DNA from: Candidatus Sumerlaeaceae bacterium
GTDB lineage: Bacteria > Sumerlaeota > Sumerlaeia > Sumerlaeales > Sumerlaeaceae
Length of the DNA: 51,297 nt
NCBI GenBank assembly: GCA_051003195.1
Contig: JBPCLP010000032.1
Span: forward strand, 1-51,297
Direction of reading: 5' to 3'
The notes under the pieces were generated by a model. It saw only the letters and a list, made by a program, of their open reading frames with translations, was not told the DNA's origin and made no database searches. Within the stretch, counting starts at the first letter, position 1; the number at the start of each line of letters is the position of its first letter. Shown piece by piece: positions 9,420 to 19,109 of this stretch. A program made the translations under genes and the position numbers.

Positions 9420-11681
9420 TTAGAGCCGGTGAGGCGAGGGGTGAGCTGAGCGGAGGGAACGCAGGCGCTGATCCAGCGCGCTGAAGCGTGGCTCGGAGCT
9501 GACGTTGGCGATTGCCATGCTGACGGCGCGGCGCTGGCCGACAAGACAGACAAGCTGCTTCCCGCGTGTAACGGCAGTGTAGAGCAGATTCCGCTGCAGC
9601 ATGACGTAGTGCGTGGTGTGGATGGGGATGACGACCGCCTTATACTCGCTGCCCTGGCTTTTGTGGATGCTGATGCAGTAAGCCAGCTCGAGTTCGTCCA
9701 TGTCGTTGAATTCGTAGCTCACGATACGGCCGTCGAAGTTCACCTTCACGAGGTGATCTTCGCGGTCGATGCTGGCGATGAAACCGATATCTCCATTAAA
9801 GACGTCGCGGTCGTAGTTATTGCTCATCTGCATGACTTTGTCGCCGACGCGAAAGGTGGCGCCTCCGCGGTCGAGGTGTTGGCCGCTGGGATTGAGCACC
9901 TGCTGAATTTCGCGATTAAGATTCTGAGTGCCGATGACTCCGCGGTGCATAGGGCTGAGCACCTGAATATCGGTCTGCGGTTTCAATCCGAACTTGCCGG
10001 GTATGCGGTGGTGAACGAGCTCGAGCAATGTATTGAGGGTCTGAACCGGGTCGGCGGTCTCAAAAAAGTAGAAGTCACGCGGTGTGGTGTCTGTGTCCTT
10101 TGGCGGATTGAGCGTCGGTTGCTGGCCAGTGTTGATGCGATGTGCGTTGGTGACAATGAGGCTGGCCTGCGCCTGGCGGAAAATCTCGTTCAGGCGCACG
10201 ACCGGGACGCTGCCGCTGTCGATAAGATCGAGCAGGAAGTTGCCGGGGCCGACGGACGGAAGCTGGTCGACGTCGCCGACGAAGATTACAGAAGAGGTGG
10301 ATGCGACCGCCCGTAGAAGCGCATTGGCGAGCCCGATGTCGATCATCGACGCTTCGTCGATAATGAGAAAATCGCCGCGTAACGGGTTCTGCGGATTGCG
10401 CAGGTACTTGCCTTCCTGCGGGGAGAACTGCAGCAGCCGGTGAATGGTTGATGCAGGAACGCGTGTGAGCTCGTGCATGCGCTTGGCGGCGCGACCTGTC
10501 GGTGCAGCAAGCAACGTGCTGACGCCGCTCTTCTCCAGTATACGGAGAATCGCGCGAATGATGGTCGTTTTTCCGGTGCCGGGTCCGCCGGTGATGACGA
10601 GGACTCCCCCGCGCAGTGCATCTTTCACTGCAAGCCGCTGATTCTCAGCAAGGGTGAACTTGAAGTAACTTTCGAAATCGGCGAGTTCTTTATCAACCTC
10701 GAGTTTTGGGAACAGCTTCCCCGTGTTCAGCAGTCGGACGAGGTGCTCGGCAACCGCGGATTCGTGCGAGTGCAAATGACGCAGGTACACAGCCCGCGTG
10801 TTGTCTGGAAGCACGTCCAGCACAATGTGATTTTGCGCTTTGAGTGCGTTGATTGCTTCAATAATGAGCGCCTGCGCAACGCCAAGAATTTCGCAGGCCT
10901 TTGCAATGAGCGGGTCCGCGGGATAAAAACAATGGCCATCGCTGGCCATCTCCTGGAGCAGGTAGTGAATTCCGGCTTTGCTGCGTTCGATGCTTTCGAC
11001 AGGGATGCCGATCTTCTGCGCAATCGCGTCGGCCGACTTGAATCCAATACCGCGTACATCAAGAGCGAGCTGATACGGATTGCGCTTAATCTGGTCCAGC
11101 GCGTCGCTTCCGTACTGCTTGTAAATGCGGGGGGCGAACCCCTGTGGCAGACCGTATTGCTGTAGAAACATCATGAGATCGCGGATGGAGCGGTGCTCTG
11201 CCCAGCCACTGGTGATCTGCTCGCGCCGCTTCTTGCCGATGCCGTCCACTTCGCCAAGGCGTTCGGGATTGTCTTCGATGACGTCGAATATTTCAGTGCC
11301 GAAATGGCTGACGAGGCGCTTGGCGTAGGTTTTCCCGATGCCTTTGATCAGCCCGCTGCCAAGGTACTTCTCGATGGCGGCGCCGCTGCCAGGCAGGATG
11401 CTTGTGTATTGCTCCACCTTGAACTGCCGGCCGTAGCGCTTATCCTGGATCCAGGTGCCCTGCACGCGAAGAATTTCCTGTGGCTGCAAACCCCCGAGAT
11501 TCCCGACAATCGTGATTTCGATTTTTGAATCTTTCGGTCGCAGCCCTGCGATCGTGTAGGCGGTGTCTGGGTTGGTGTAGATGATCCTCTCGACCGTGCC
11601 CTCGATCAGCAGTAAATTGCCGCCTGCGGGCGGCGGTGAGGAATCAGGAATTCTTTCCGGCTGTTCAGAGGGGTCCTTCAT
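9420..11681 (-). CDS. recD2: ATP-dependent RecD2 family DNA helicase
   Basis: N-terminal OB and HhH region (IKGIG, VDGIG, VRGIGFKSAD), Walker A GGPGTGKT, DEASM, GDVDQLPSVGPG, SIHKSQGSE, LLYTAVTRG. Confidence 0.95.
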   Translation of the reverse strand: MKDPSEQPERIPDSSPPPAGGNLLLIEGTVERIIYTNPDTAYTIAGLRPKDSKIEITIVGNLGGLQPQEILRVQGTWIQDKRYGRQFKVEQYTSILPGSGAAIEKYLGSGLIKGIGKTYAKRLVSHFGTEIFDVIEDNPERLGEVDGIGKKRREQITSGWAEHRSIRDLMMFLQQYGLPQGFAPRIYKQYGSDALDQIKRNPYQLALDVRGIGFKSADAIAQKIGIPVESIERSKAGIHYLLQEMASDGHCFYPADPLIAKACEILGVAQALIIEAINALKAQNHIVLDVLPDNTRAVYLRHLHSHESAVAEHLVRLLNTGKLFPKLEVDKELADFESYFKFTLAENQRLAVKDALRGGVLVITGGPGTGKTTIIRAILRILEKSGVSTLLAAPTGRAAKRMHELTRVPASTIHRLLQFSPQEGKYLRNPQNPLRGDFLIIDEASMIDIGLANALLRAVASTSSVIFVGDVDQLPSVGPGNFLLDLIDSGSVPVVRLNEIFRQAQASLIVTNAHRINTGQQPTLNPPKDTDTTPRDFYFFETADPVQTLNTLLELVHHRIPGKFGLKPQTDIQVLSPMHRGVIGTQNLNREIQQVLNPSGQHLDRGGATFRVGDKVMQMSNNYDRDVFNGDIGFIASIDREDHLVKVNFDGRIVSYEFNDMDELELAYCISIHKSQGSEYKAVVIPIHTTHYVMLQRNLLYTAVTRGKQLVCLVGQRRAVSMAIANVSSEPRFSALDQRLRSLRSAHPSPHRL

Positions 11682-12639
11682 GTTTCTCCGCCCGCCGCTG
11701 CTGCGCTTCGCGTTCCCTGCGAGCCGCAGAAATATCCAGTATCATCGATCGCGAGAGCATCAGTCCCAACAGGATAACTGTACCCGAGACGCCAAGGATA
11801 ATGACCCATTTGAGGCGGCGCCCAACAGCGCGACCTGGATCGCGCTCAGCCGCGAAGGGCGTGTACGTTCGAAGATACTCTTTGATTTCCTGGCGGTGAG
11901 AGCTGCCGAACCGAATTGCCCGGTCATACGCGCGATTAGCGAGCGAGTGTTCGCCGTCGTGCTCCAGCAGTATGCCGAGCGCCAACCAGCCGTCTCCGAA
12001 TTTCGGGTACTGGCGCAGTAGCTCGGCGACACCGTCGACTTTCACTTCGGGGAATGGCTTCACATCTTCCAAGGTTTCGGGAGCAGTCCGTCGTTGCTTC
12101 CAAACAGGCGTAAGCTCGTCCAGAAATACGTGTTCAGCAGCGTAAGCCGAAGTCGAGAGCTGGCGCTTTTGGAAGTCGACCATCTGGAGATGGTACTGCT
12201 CGGCATTATTGCGGAATTGCGGCCGTGACTTAATCGCGGCAGCAAGGCACGTAGTGGCATCGTCATAGCGGCCCTGGTTGTGAAAAAGCGTAGCCATGTT
12301 GCACAGCGTAGTAAAACGGTTTGGTTCATTCTGGATCAGGTCAGACCACAGTCGAATGGCTTCCGCGTCCTTGCCGTTCTTATGCAGGATAAAGCCGTAG
12401 TCATCGAGGTAGTCGGGATCGCTCCCATGCGCGGCCACGTCGGACTCGGTACGTTTTAGTTCGGCGCGGTAGAAATCTTTCGCCCGTGTCTGTTCGCTGG
12501 AGTAGCGCTCGTTAATCAACGCGTAGGCAGTCGTCTGTTCCCGCTTTTTCGGATCGAAGTTGTGCGCACCATAGAAGCAGGCTAGTGCTGGCAGGGGCAA
12601 CATCCCGGCGAGCAGAACTACTAACAGCCGCAGGATCAT
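11665..12639 (-). CDS. TPR-repeat protein with signal peptide and C-terminal membrane anchor
   Basis: ATG 12639 overlaps the upstream TGA (ATGA); hydrophobic leader; TPR-like helices; C-terminal TM segment WVIILGVSGTVILLGLML. Confidence 0.75.
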   Translation of the reverse strand: MILRLLVVLLAGMLPLPALACFYGAHNFDPKKREQTTAYALINERYSSEQTRAKDFYRAELKRTESDVAAHGSDPDYLDDYGFILHKNGKDAEAIRLWSDLIQNEPNRFTTLCNMATLFHNQGRYDDATTCLAAAIKSRPQFRNNAEQYHLQMVDFQKRQLSTSAYAAEHVFLDELTPVWKQRRTAPETLEDVKPFPEVKVDGVAELLRQYPKFGDGWLALGILLEHDGEHSLANRAYDRAIRFGSSHRQEIKEYLRTYTPFAAERDPGRAVGRRLKWVIILGVSGTVILLGLMLSRSMILDISAARREREAQQRRAEKHEGPL

Positions 12640-15218
12640 GGAGATGATGTATTGGACGTGAAAGCGTAGACTGTGCCGTCGTATGCGGCAGCAAACAGTG
12701 TATTGCCGCTGATGCATGGGGTGGACAAAACGGGCACGCCAAAATCGTAGAACCATCGGACGTCGCCTGTTGCCTTATCGAGCGCGTACAGTTTGCCGTC
12801 GCTGCATCCAATATAGACGTGCTGCCCCGCAATCGTCGGCGAGGAGAACACCGCGGCGGAAGTCTTATCGTAAGGTGAGAGTTTCCACAGGCCGTTTCCC
12901 GTACGGAATACCCAGCGTTCTTCCAGGGTCTGGGTGTTGTAGCAATGTACCTCACCGGCGGCGCCGGCGGCAATGACAACCTCCGGATCAACGGCCGGCG
13001 TGCTGAGCGGACTTCCTTTTCCGAGTGACCGTGTCGTGATGTCCTGCCCGTTTTGCAGGTCGATGATTTTCAGAGCGCCGAGGGTATCGATCGCGTAGCC
13101 GCGGCCCTGCGCAACTGCGATGGAGCCATGGGTGCCTTTGCATTCGTTCACCCACTTCACCTGGCCATTATTCACATCGAGCGCGTAGATCGAGGCGGCT
13201 TTCTTATCCTTGTTCAGCCAGTTGGCGCCCATGATGACAATGTCCCCGGCGAGAGTGGGGCAGGCGTAACTGGAGATCCAGTCTTTACCAAAATTGTTCG
13301 TCCATTTGTGTTCGCCAAACTGCGAGTCGAGCGCCTGCAGCATTGCCGAACTGCCAAGGATTGCAAGGCGGCCCTGGATGGCGGGGCCTGAGTAGAACCA
13401 ATGCTGCTGGAATCCATCGGCCAGCTTGCCCGTGGCTTCCACGTCGCCCTTCTCGGGGTTAATGGTATAGACGGTTCCGCCGACAGAAAGCGCGTAGAGC
13501 TTTCCGGGACCGTCTTCCTTATCTCCTGCAAAGGCGGCGCTGTGGTTGATCATGGAATCGGCGCGTATGAATTTCACGGGGTCTCCGCTTTTCGCGTCGA
13601 GCAGCCACACGCCGTTATTGATCATGTTGTCGCGGTCTTTCACGGTCATTGCGAGCCGGCCCTTGAAGAGCACCGGTGATGCGAGATCGATGTACCCGTG
13701 CGTCGGTGTTGCCCAACTGACCTTCAGCGGCGGCGCGAGCGCCGTTGAGCACTGTCCAGTACGCTGCGCATTGCCCATAAACTGCGGCCAATCGGCGCCG
13801 AGCTTTACCTCCGCTGCAGATGTGCCACGCTGGACGGGCCGCGTTACAGTCTGGCTGGTCTCCCACTGTTCGCCGCGGTAATTGGTGGCGCGTACACGAA
13901 GCATGAACTCTGAGGGCAATTCAGTTCCGATGCGTTTGGAATCGAGCGGGGCCATCCAACTAATCGGGCTTACCTGTTTAAGTTCACCCTGGGCCGCGGG
14001 GGCCTGCCCGATTTGCTGTACGCGGAAGCGTGCTTCGCGCACTCCCCCGCTGCTGTCGTAGATGTTTGCGAACAGGCGTTCGGGTCCGCTCAGCTCTCCC
14101 TGCGGATAGGTAATTGTCAGGCGTTTACCGAATTCGTTAATGCGATACTCGCTGTTGATCTGCTCTCCGTGAATGGAAACAATACGGAAGCTGGACGGCG
14201 ATCCATCAATACCGCCCATCAGGAATGTCGGGTGGTTGATGTTTACGAGGCCGTTCTCGTGTGAGGTCATTTTGTTGGAATGCCAGTGGCCCGAGAAAAC
14301 GGCGCGTATGCCATACTTCTGGAACTTCTCGAGGTCCTTTTCGTTCGCGGGGAAATGTTGAAAGGCGAGAAGGCGTTTGCCACGTGCAAGCATACGAAGG
14401 TCGCGTTCAAGCCAGCGGTCCTGTCGCTCGGACTGATTGACGCAGTTGAGCATTAGCAGGTGCCATTCGCCAAAGTCGACGGAGTAGTAATCAGGTCCAA
14501 GGAACTGGTGATAGTTACGGGTTTTGTAGTCGCCCTTGTTTACGTCGTGATTGCCGATGACGTGGAAGTATGGGATTCTGCACAGCCGGCTGGTGCTGGT
14601 GTAGACCTCGTATTGTTCCAGGCTGTTGCCGGAGTTGAGCAAGTCGCCTGTGGCAACAACAAAGTCAGCGGCAGGAGCAAGGTTGCTGATTTCTTCAAGT
14701 CCCGAGGCAAAGCGTTCCCTGTCTTCGGTGCCATTGATGTGAATGTCGGTGGTCTGTACGAACCTGAATTCGCTGGAGTCCGGCTTGGCTGTGCGCTTTA
14801 GAATGAAATCATGCTGAAACGTGCGTGGACCAGATGTCTGGGCGACGGCGACGGATGTGGTTGCGGTGCTGGTAAAATCATCGGGCAACAATGCGTAGAA
14901 TTGCGACGTGCGCTGGTAGTTGGCTGGGCGTGTTATGTACACGACTTTAGACTCGGCAGTAAGCGGCAGCGTATACTTTCCGTCATTACCTGAGAAAATA
15001 ATCTGGTCGCCATCGCTGACGCCCACCCCGCCGATTACTACGTCGGCTTTGGCGTCAAACTTACCGTTATTGTTCGTGTCCTCGTAAATGCGCCCGGTGG
15101 CGAGCGCCGCCGCGGTGCTTTCATCCGAGAATTCGAGGGTGAGCGTTGTCACCTCCGCTGCAGTCAGGAGTGCGGGGATTCCGCACAAAAGGATAAGTAT
15201 GGCGTTTTTTATGGTCAT
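12636..15218 (-). CDS. Secreted calcineurin-like metallophosphoesterase fused to a PQQ/BamB-like beta-propeller
   Basis: TDIH, TGDL, IGNHD and SGHWH phosphoesterase motifs; WPQFMGNAQRTG and multiple ALD..TG..KW propeller repeats. Confidence 0.88.
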   Translation of the reverse strand: MTIKNAILILLCGIPALLTAAEVTTLTLEFSDESTAAALATGRIYEDTNNNGKFDAKADVVIGGVGVSDGDQIIFSGNDGKYTLPLTAESKVVYITRPANYQRTSQFYALLPDDFTSTATTSVAVAQTSGPRTFQHDFILKRTAKPDSSEFRFVQTTDIHINGTEDRERFASGLEEISNLAPAADFVVATGDLLNSGNSLEQYEVYTSTSRLCRIPYFHVIGNHDVNKGDYKTRNYHQFLGPDYYSVDFGEWHLLMLNCVNQSERQDRWLERDLRMLARGKRLLAFQHFPANEKDLEKFQKYGIRAVFSGHWHSNKMTSHENGLVNINHPTFLMGGIDGSPSSFRIVSIHGEQINSEYRINEFGKRLTITYPQGELSGPERLFANIYDSSGGVREARFRVQQIGQAPAAQGELKQVSPISWMAPLDSKRIGTELPSEFMLRVRATNYRGEQWETSQTVTRPVQRGTSAAEVKLGADWPQFMGNAQRTGQCSTALAPPLKVSWATPTHGYIDLASPVLFKGRLAMTVKDRDNMINNGVWLLDAKSGDPVKFIRADSMINHSAAFAGDKEDGPGKLYALSVGGTVYTINPEKGDVEATGKLADGFQQHWFYSGPAIQGRLAILGSSAMLQALDSQFGEHKWTNNFGKDWISSYACPTLAGDIVIMGANWLNKDKKAASIYALDVNNGQVKWVNECKGTHGSIAVAQGRGYAIDTLGALKIIDLQNGQDITTRSLGKGSPLSTPAVDPEVVIAAGAAGEVHCYNTQTLEERWVFRTGNGLWKLSPYDKTSAAVFSSPTIAGQHVYIGCSDGKLYALDKATGDVRWFYDFGVPVLSTPCISGNTLFAAAYDGTVYAFTSNTSSP

Positions 15219-15247
15219 TTAGTTTCGAAATTCTGAAAATCGAAACC

Positions 15248-15604
15248 GTGAAGTATAGTGAGATTATTGAGGATCATTTTGCCCGGCCACGCAATGTGGG
15301 CGAATTGCGGGGGGCAACTGCGGTCGGCGAAGCAACCAACGCTGTATGCCTGGATAAGCTGCGGCTGTGGCTGCGCCTCGAAAATGACGTCGTGGCCGAG
15401 GTGCGGTTCCAGGCAGAGGGGTGTGTACCGTCCATTGCAGTTGCTTCATTCCTGACAGAATGGCTGGTGGGGCGAACTGCTCCTGAGTTGCGTGCCACGA
15501 CCGCCGAGGACGTTGAAGCCGCCGTGGGAGGCCTGCCGCGCACAAAAGCGCATGCCGCGCACCTCGCCATCGAAGCGATTCAGCACGCATTTAAAAATAT
15601 CTGA
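15248..15604 (+). CDS. NifU/IscU-like Fe-S scaffold protein
   Basis: YSEIIEDHFARPRNVGEL, NAVCLDKL, FQAEGCVPSIA, GGLP.TKAH. Confidence 0.82.
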   Translation: MKYSEIIEDHFARPRNVGELRGATAVGEATNAVCLDKLRLWLRLENDVVAEVRFQAEGCVPSIAVASFLTEWLVGRTAPELRATTAEDVEAAVGGLPRTKAHAAHLAIEAIQHAFKNI

Positions 15605-15639
15605 ACCACAGAAGCACCTGCCGCTGAGGTCAGCTCAAC

Positions 15640-16659
15640 TTATTTGACGGTGTTGGAGACCTTGATTTCGCCGCTGATGATTTTGGCTTTCAGGTCTTCG
15701 ACCTTCTTGTGGATATCGTCGCCAATCAGTGCCTTGTTTCTTTCGTCGTATACGTAGCCGACACCGCCGTCCTTGAGTCCGAAGGCGTGATTGCCGCCTT
15801 TGAAGTGTCCGTCGGCGGTTTCTTTAATGATGTTAAAGATCGCCTGGTCTGTGTTTTTGATCATGCTGGTCAGGATGACACCGGGCGCGGCTTCGTCGGC
15901 CTGGTCACGGTCCACCCCAATTGCCAGTTTCTTGCGTTCTTCGGCGGCTTTAAACACACCCAGGCCCGTTGAGCCGGATGCATGGTAGATGATGTCGACA
16001 CCAGAGTCGTAAAGGCTGTTGGCGAGCTCTTTGCCCTTCTGCGGATCCTTAAACGCGGTATCGCTAACCCCCGCGTAAACGGCTTTGACCTCCACCTTCG
16101 GGTTTGCCGCTTTCGCGCCCTGGATATAGCCGGCCTCAAATTTTTTGATGAGCGGACTTTCCACGCCACCAACGAACCCGATCTTGCCGGTGGTAGACTT
16201 CATGGCCGCGATGGCACCGACGAGAAATGATCCCTCCTCTTCCCGAAACGTAAGTGCCGCAAGATTAGCAGGTATTTCGTCGTCACCAACCGTAAAGTCG
16301 ATGCAGCCGTATTTCTTTTTTGGGAAGTCATGCGCCATGGCGCTGATTTCATCTGTGAACAGGAAACCGATGCCGAGAATCAATTCTGCATCACCCTTGG
16401 AGAAGTTACGCAGATGTGCCTCGCGGTGCGCGCCTTCGCCAGGCTCGCGATATTCTGCGGCGATGCCGAGTTCCTTTTGCGCTTTCATCAGGCCGGCATA
16501 GGCAGCATCGTTGAACGATTTGTCCCCGCGCCCGCCCACGTCGAACACCAGCCCGACTTTGATCTTCTTACCAGCAGCCGCGGAGGAGGTTGTCTCGGCG
16601 GCCATTGCATTCATCGTCGTGAGGGCAGCGAGTGCAAAAGTGGTGAGATGCTTCAGCAT
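15640..16659 (-). CDS. BMP family (nucleoside) ABC transporter substrate-binding protein
   Basis: DVGGRGDKSFND, FREEEGSFLVG, GFVGG, AIGVDRDQ, LTSMIK; no lipobox Cys. Confidence 0.9.
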   Translation of the reverse strand: MLKHLTTFALAALTTMNAMAAETTSSAAAGKKIKVGLVFDVGGRGDKSFNDAAYAGLMKAQKELGIAAEYREPGEGAHREAHLRNFSKGDAELILGIGFLFTDEISAMAHDFPKKKYGCIDFTVGDDEIPANLAALTFREEEGSFLVGAIAAMKSTTGKIGFVGGVESPLIKKFEAGYIQGAKAANPKVEVKAVYAGVSDTAFKDPQKGKELANSLYDSGVDIIYHASGSTGLGVFKAAEERKKLAIGVDRDQADEAAPGVILTSMIKNTDQAIFNIIKETADGHFKGGNHAFGLKDGGVGYVYDERNKALIGDDIHKKVEDLKAKIISGEIKVSNTVK

Positions 16660-16832
16660 TAGGGTTACTTCTCCTGGTTGTATTTCGAGTGTATTGGCTT
16701 AGAGTTAAGAGAGCGAATCGGCGTCTGGCAGAAAGGCTTGTCAAGCGGCGGCGCACAGGGCAGCGACGACAAGGATCCGCATATTATGCGGCGTGCCAGG
16801 TGGCCAGCCGGTTGATGATCCATGATGCCAGG

Positions 16833-16861
16833 AAAAAACCCGGCCATTTCTGACCGGGTTT
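16833..16861 (-). terminator. Rho-independent terminator of rplM-rpsI
   Basis: Minus strand AAACCCGGTCAGAAATGGCCGGGTTTTTT. Confidence 0.75.
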
Positions 16862-16893
16862 CGGAAACTTCTGGTGGCGTATGGCTGCCGCGA

Positions 16894-17289
16894 TTAGCGC
16901 TTCGAGAACTGGAACCGCTTGCGGGCGCCCTTCTGGCCGTACTTCTTGCGCTCCTTCATGCGCGGATCGCGCGTGAGGAGACCAGCGCGCTTGAGCATAA
17001 TACGCAGCGCGGGGTTGGCCTTTAGCAGTGCACGGGCAATACCGTGACGGATGGCGCCGGCCTGGCCCATCGTGCCGCCGCCCTGTACATTGACGATGAT
17101 GTCGTACTTCGAAACTGTGTGTGTCTCACGCAGCGGCTGCTTAATGATCTGCTCGATGAGGGGACGATCGCCGAAGAAGGTCTTCCAGTCTTCAGTGTTC
17201 ACGACCAGCTTGCCCTTGCCGGGGCGAAGATAAACTCGGGCCGTGGAGGTCTTGCGACGTCCGGTACCGTAATATTGCTCGATTGCCAT
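16894..17289 (-). CDS. rpsI: 30S ribosomal protein S9
   Basis: [14 protein letters not shown] ... [27 protein letters not shown]. Confidence 0.98.
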   Translation of the reverse strand: MAIEQYYGTGRRKTSTARVYLRPGKGKLVVNTEDWKTFFGDRPLIEQIIKQPLRETHTVSKYDIIVNVQGGGTMGQAGAIRHGIARALLKANPALRIMLKRAGLLTRDPRMKERKKYGQKGARKRFQFSKR

Positions 17290-17291
17290 GT

Positions 17292-17753
17292 TTAGTCCTG
17301 TGCTCCTGCTGTGCTGCGCGCTTTGGTCAGAGTAATGGTCTGGGGTTGCTGTGCCGAGTGCGGATGCTTGTCATTTGTGTAAAAACGTATGTTGGTGAGA
17401 AGGGCATCGCCAAGACGATTCTTTGGCAGCATGCCCTTGACCGCAAAACGCAGTACTTCCCCAGGCTTGCGCTGCTCCAGGTGCTCGGCTGTTTCGGCCT
17501 TGTAACCACCAGGGTATCCGCTGTGGCGGTGGTAAAGCTTCTGCTTGGTCTTGCGACCCGTCAGGACAGCCTTATCGGCGTTCAGCACGATGACGTGGTT
17601 CTGCGGATTAACCGCAGGGTGAAAAGTTGGATCGTTTTTGCCGCGCAAAACCGCTGCAATACGTGAAGCAAGACGCCCGACGATTTCACCCTTCGCGTCG
17701 ACGACGTACCACTGCTCCTTAATGTCCCCCGCTTTGGGGTAATACGTGCCCAT
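17292..17753 (-). CDS. rplM: 50S ribosomal protein L13
   Basis: WYVVDA...[33 protein letters not shown]. Confidence 0.97.
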   Translation of the reverse strand: MGTYYPKAGDIKEQWYVVDAKGEIVGRLASRIAAVLRGKNDPTFHPAVNPQNHVIVLNADKAVLTGRKTKQKLYHRHSGYPGGYKAETAEHLEQRKPGEVLRFAVKGMLPKNRLGDALLTNIRFYTNDKHPHSAQQPQTITLTKARSTAGAQD

Positions 17754-17866
17754 GAAAACCTACAGCCTCCAATGTTTCGAGAACAAACCCAGCGCAACTA
17801 TAGACCGCGGCGAAGTTTATTCGAATGCAGTCGACAGCCGGGTAATTACGGTTATGGCAGTCGTAT

Positions 17867-18301
17867 GTGACCACTAAACCGAGCACCCGAATTGTTGCGC
17901 TGGACGTTGGCGACGTCCGGATTGGAGTCGCTGTGAGTGATCCTACCCTGCTGCTGGCGTCTCCCTTCACGATTGTGCACAGAAAAGAGGGAAATGCAGC
18001 GGGAAGAATTGCGCAAATCGTGCAGGAACAAGGCTCTATGCACCTGCTGGTAGGATTGCCGAAGAACATGGACGGCAGCATAGGGCCGCAGGCGAAGAAA
18101 GTGCAGGCATTTGTAGAGCAGTTGCGCGACCAGTTAGCAGACGTGGACTTCGTGTTCTGGGACGAGCGGCGGACAACCATGGAGGCGCGGGCAAATCGAA
18201 TTTCCGCCGGGAAGAAGAAGTCGCAGCGCGCACAGGCTTTGGATTCCGAGGCGGCTGCTGTGCTTCTGCAGAGTTACCTGGAATACCTGCGCCATCAGTG
18301 A
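17867..18301 (+). CDS. ruvX: YqgF/RuvX RNase H-like nuclease
   Basis: ALDVGDVRIGVAVSD, VGLPKNMDG, WDERRTT, DSEAAAVLLQSYL. Confidence 0.92.
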   Translation: MTTKPSTRIVALDVGDVRIGVAVSDPTLLLASPFTIVHRKEGNAAGRIAQIVQEQGSMHLLVGLPKNMDGSIGPQAKKVQAFVEQLRDQLADVDFVFWDERRTTMEARANRISAGKKKSQRAQALDSEAAAVLLQSYLEYLRHQ

Positions 18302-18335
18302 ATCTCTGACTCGCGAGTCGTCGTGAGATTCGGCG

Positions 18336-19103
18336 TTACAACGATAATCTAAAAAGTCTCGCGCGCATCACCAAATAGATGAACTGCAGATTTCCGAGAA
18401 GGTAGCGCCGTCCCAGCCTCTTCGGCTCCAGCATAAGCCGGAAGAGCCATTCCAGCCCGGCGCGTCGCATCCAGACCGGTGCGCGGGCACGGGCTTTTCC
18501 GTGGTATTCGAACATCGCGCCGATGCACCAGACCACTTTGCATGGAATACGGTGCAGGTTCGCAGCGACCCATTTTTCCTGCAGTGGCACGCCGAGCCCG
18601 ACGAGCAGAACGTCCGGCCGTGTGTCGCCTATACGCACGAGCGCCGCTTCTCCCCCATCGGAGAAGTAGCCGGCTTCGGAACCTGCGATATGAACTCCTG
18701 GTACATGAGTCTTCCAGTGAGTGGAAGCACTCTCCGCGACAGCGGGCTGGGATCCGAGCAGGAAAAGCGATACGCCCGCTTCGGCCGCACGACTGCAAAA
18801 TTCCACAATGAAATCCGCGGCATTCACCCTTTCGGGAACAGGGCTTCTCAGCAGCTCGCTGGCCCACACTATTGCCTGGCCGTCGGCATACACACCATCC
18901 GCGCGCTTCAGAAGCTGGCGGTAGTCCTCATCTTTTTGAGCAAGAACGGTGCACCAGGCGTTTATGTAAGTGACGAACACGGGAGCATCCGACATCGGAG
19001 CCGCAGCAACACGGACAAGCGAGTCGATAAATTCCTTTGTCGTGAGCCGAAGCAGCGGCAGCCCAAGAAAATCGACCCTGGCTGTTTCTCGGAGCCCGTT
19101 CAT
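18336..19103 (-). CDS. WecB/TagA/CpsF family glycosyltransferase
   Basis: YADGQAIVWA, PERVNAAD, VGLGVPLQEKW, RAPVWMRRAGLEWLFRL..EPKRL..RY. Confidence 0.92.
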   Translation of the reverse strand: MNGLRETARVDFLGLPLLRLTTKEFIDSLVRVAAAPMSDAPVFVTYINAWCTVLAQKDEDYRQLLKRADGVYADGQAIVWASELLRSPVPERVNAADFIVEFCSRAAEAGVSLFLLGSQPAVAESASTHWKTHVPGVHIAGSEAGYFSDGGEAALVRIGDTRPDVLLVGLGVPLQEKWVAANLHRIPCKVVWCIGAMFEYHGKARARAPVWMRRAGLEWLFRLMLEPKRLGRRYLLGNLQFIYLVMRARLFRLSL

Positions 19104-19109
19104 GCTGGG

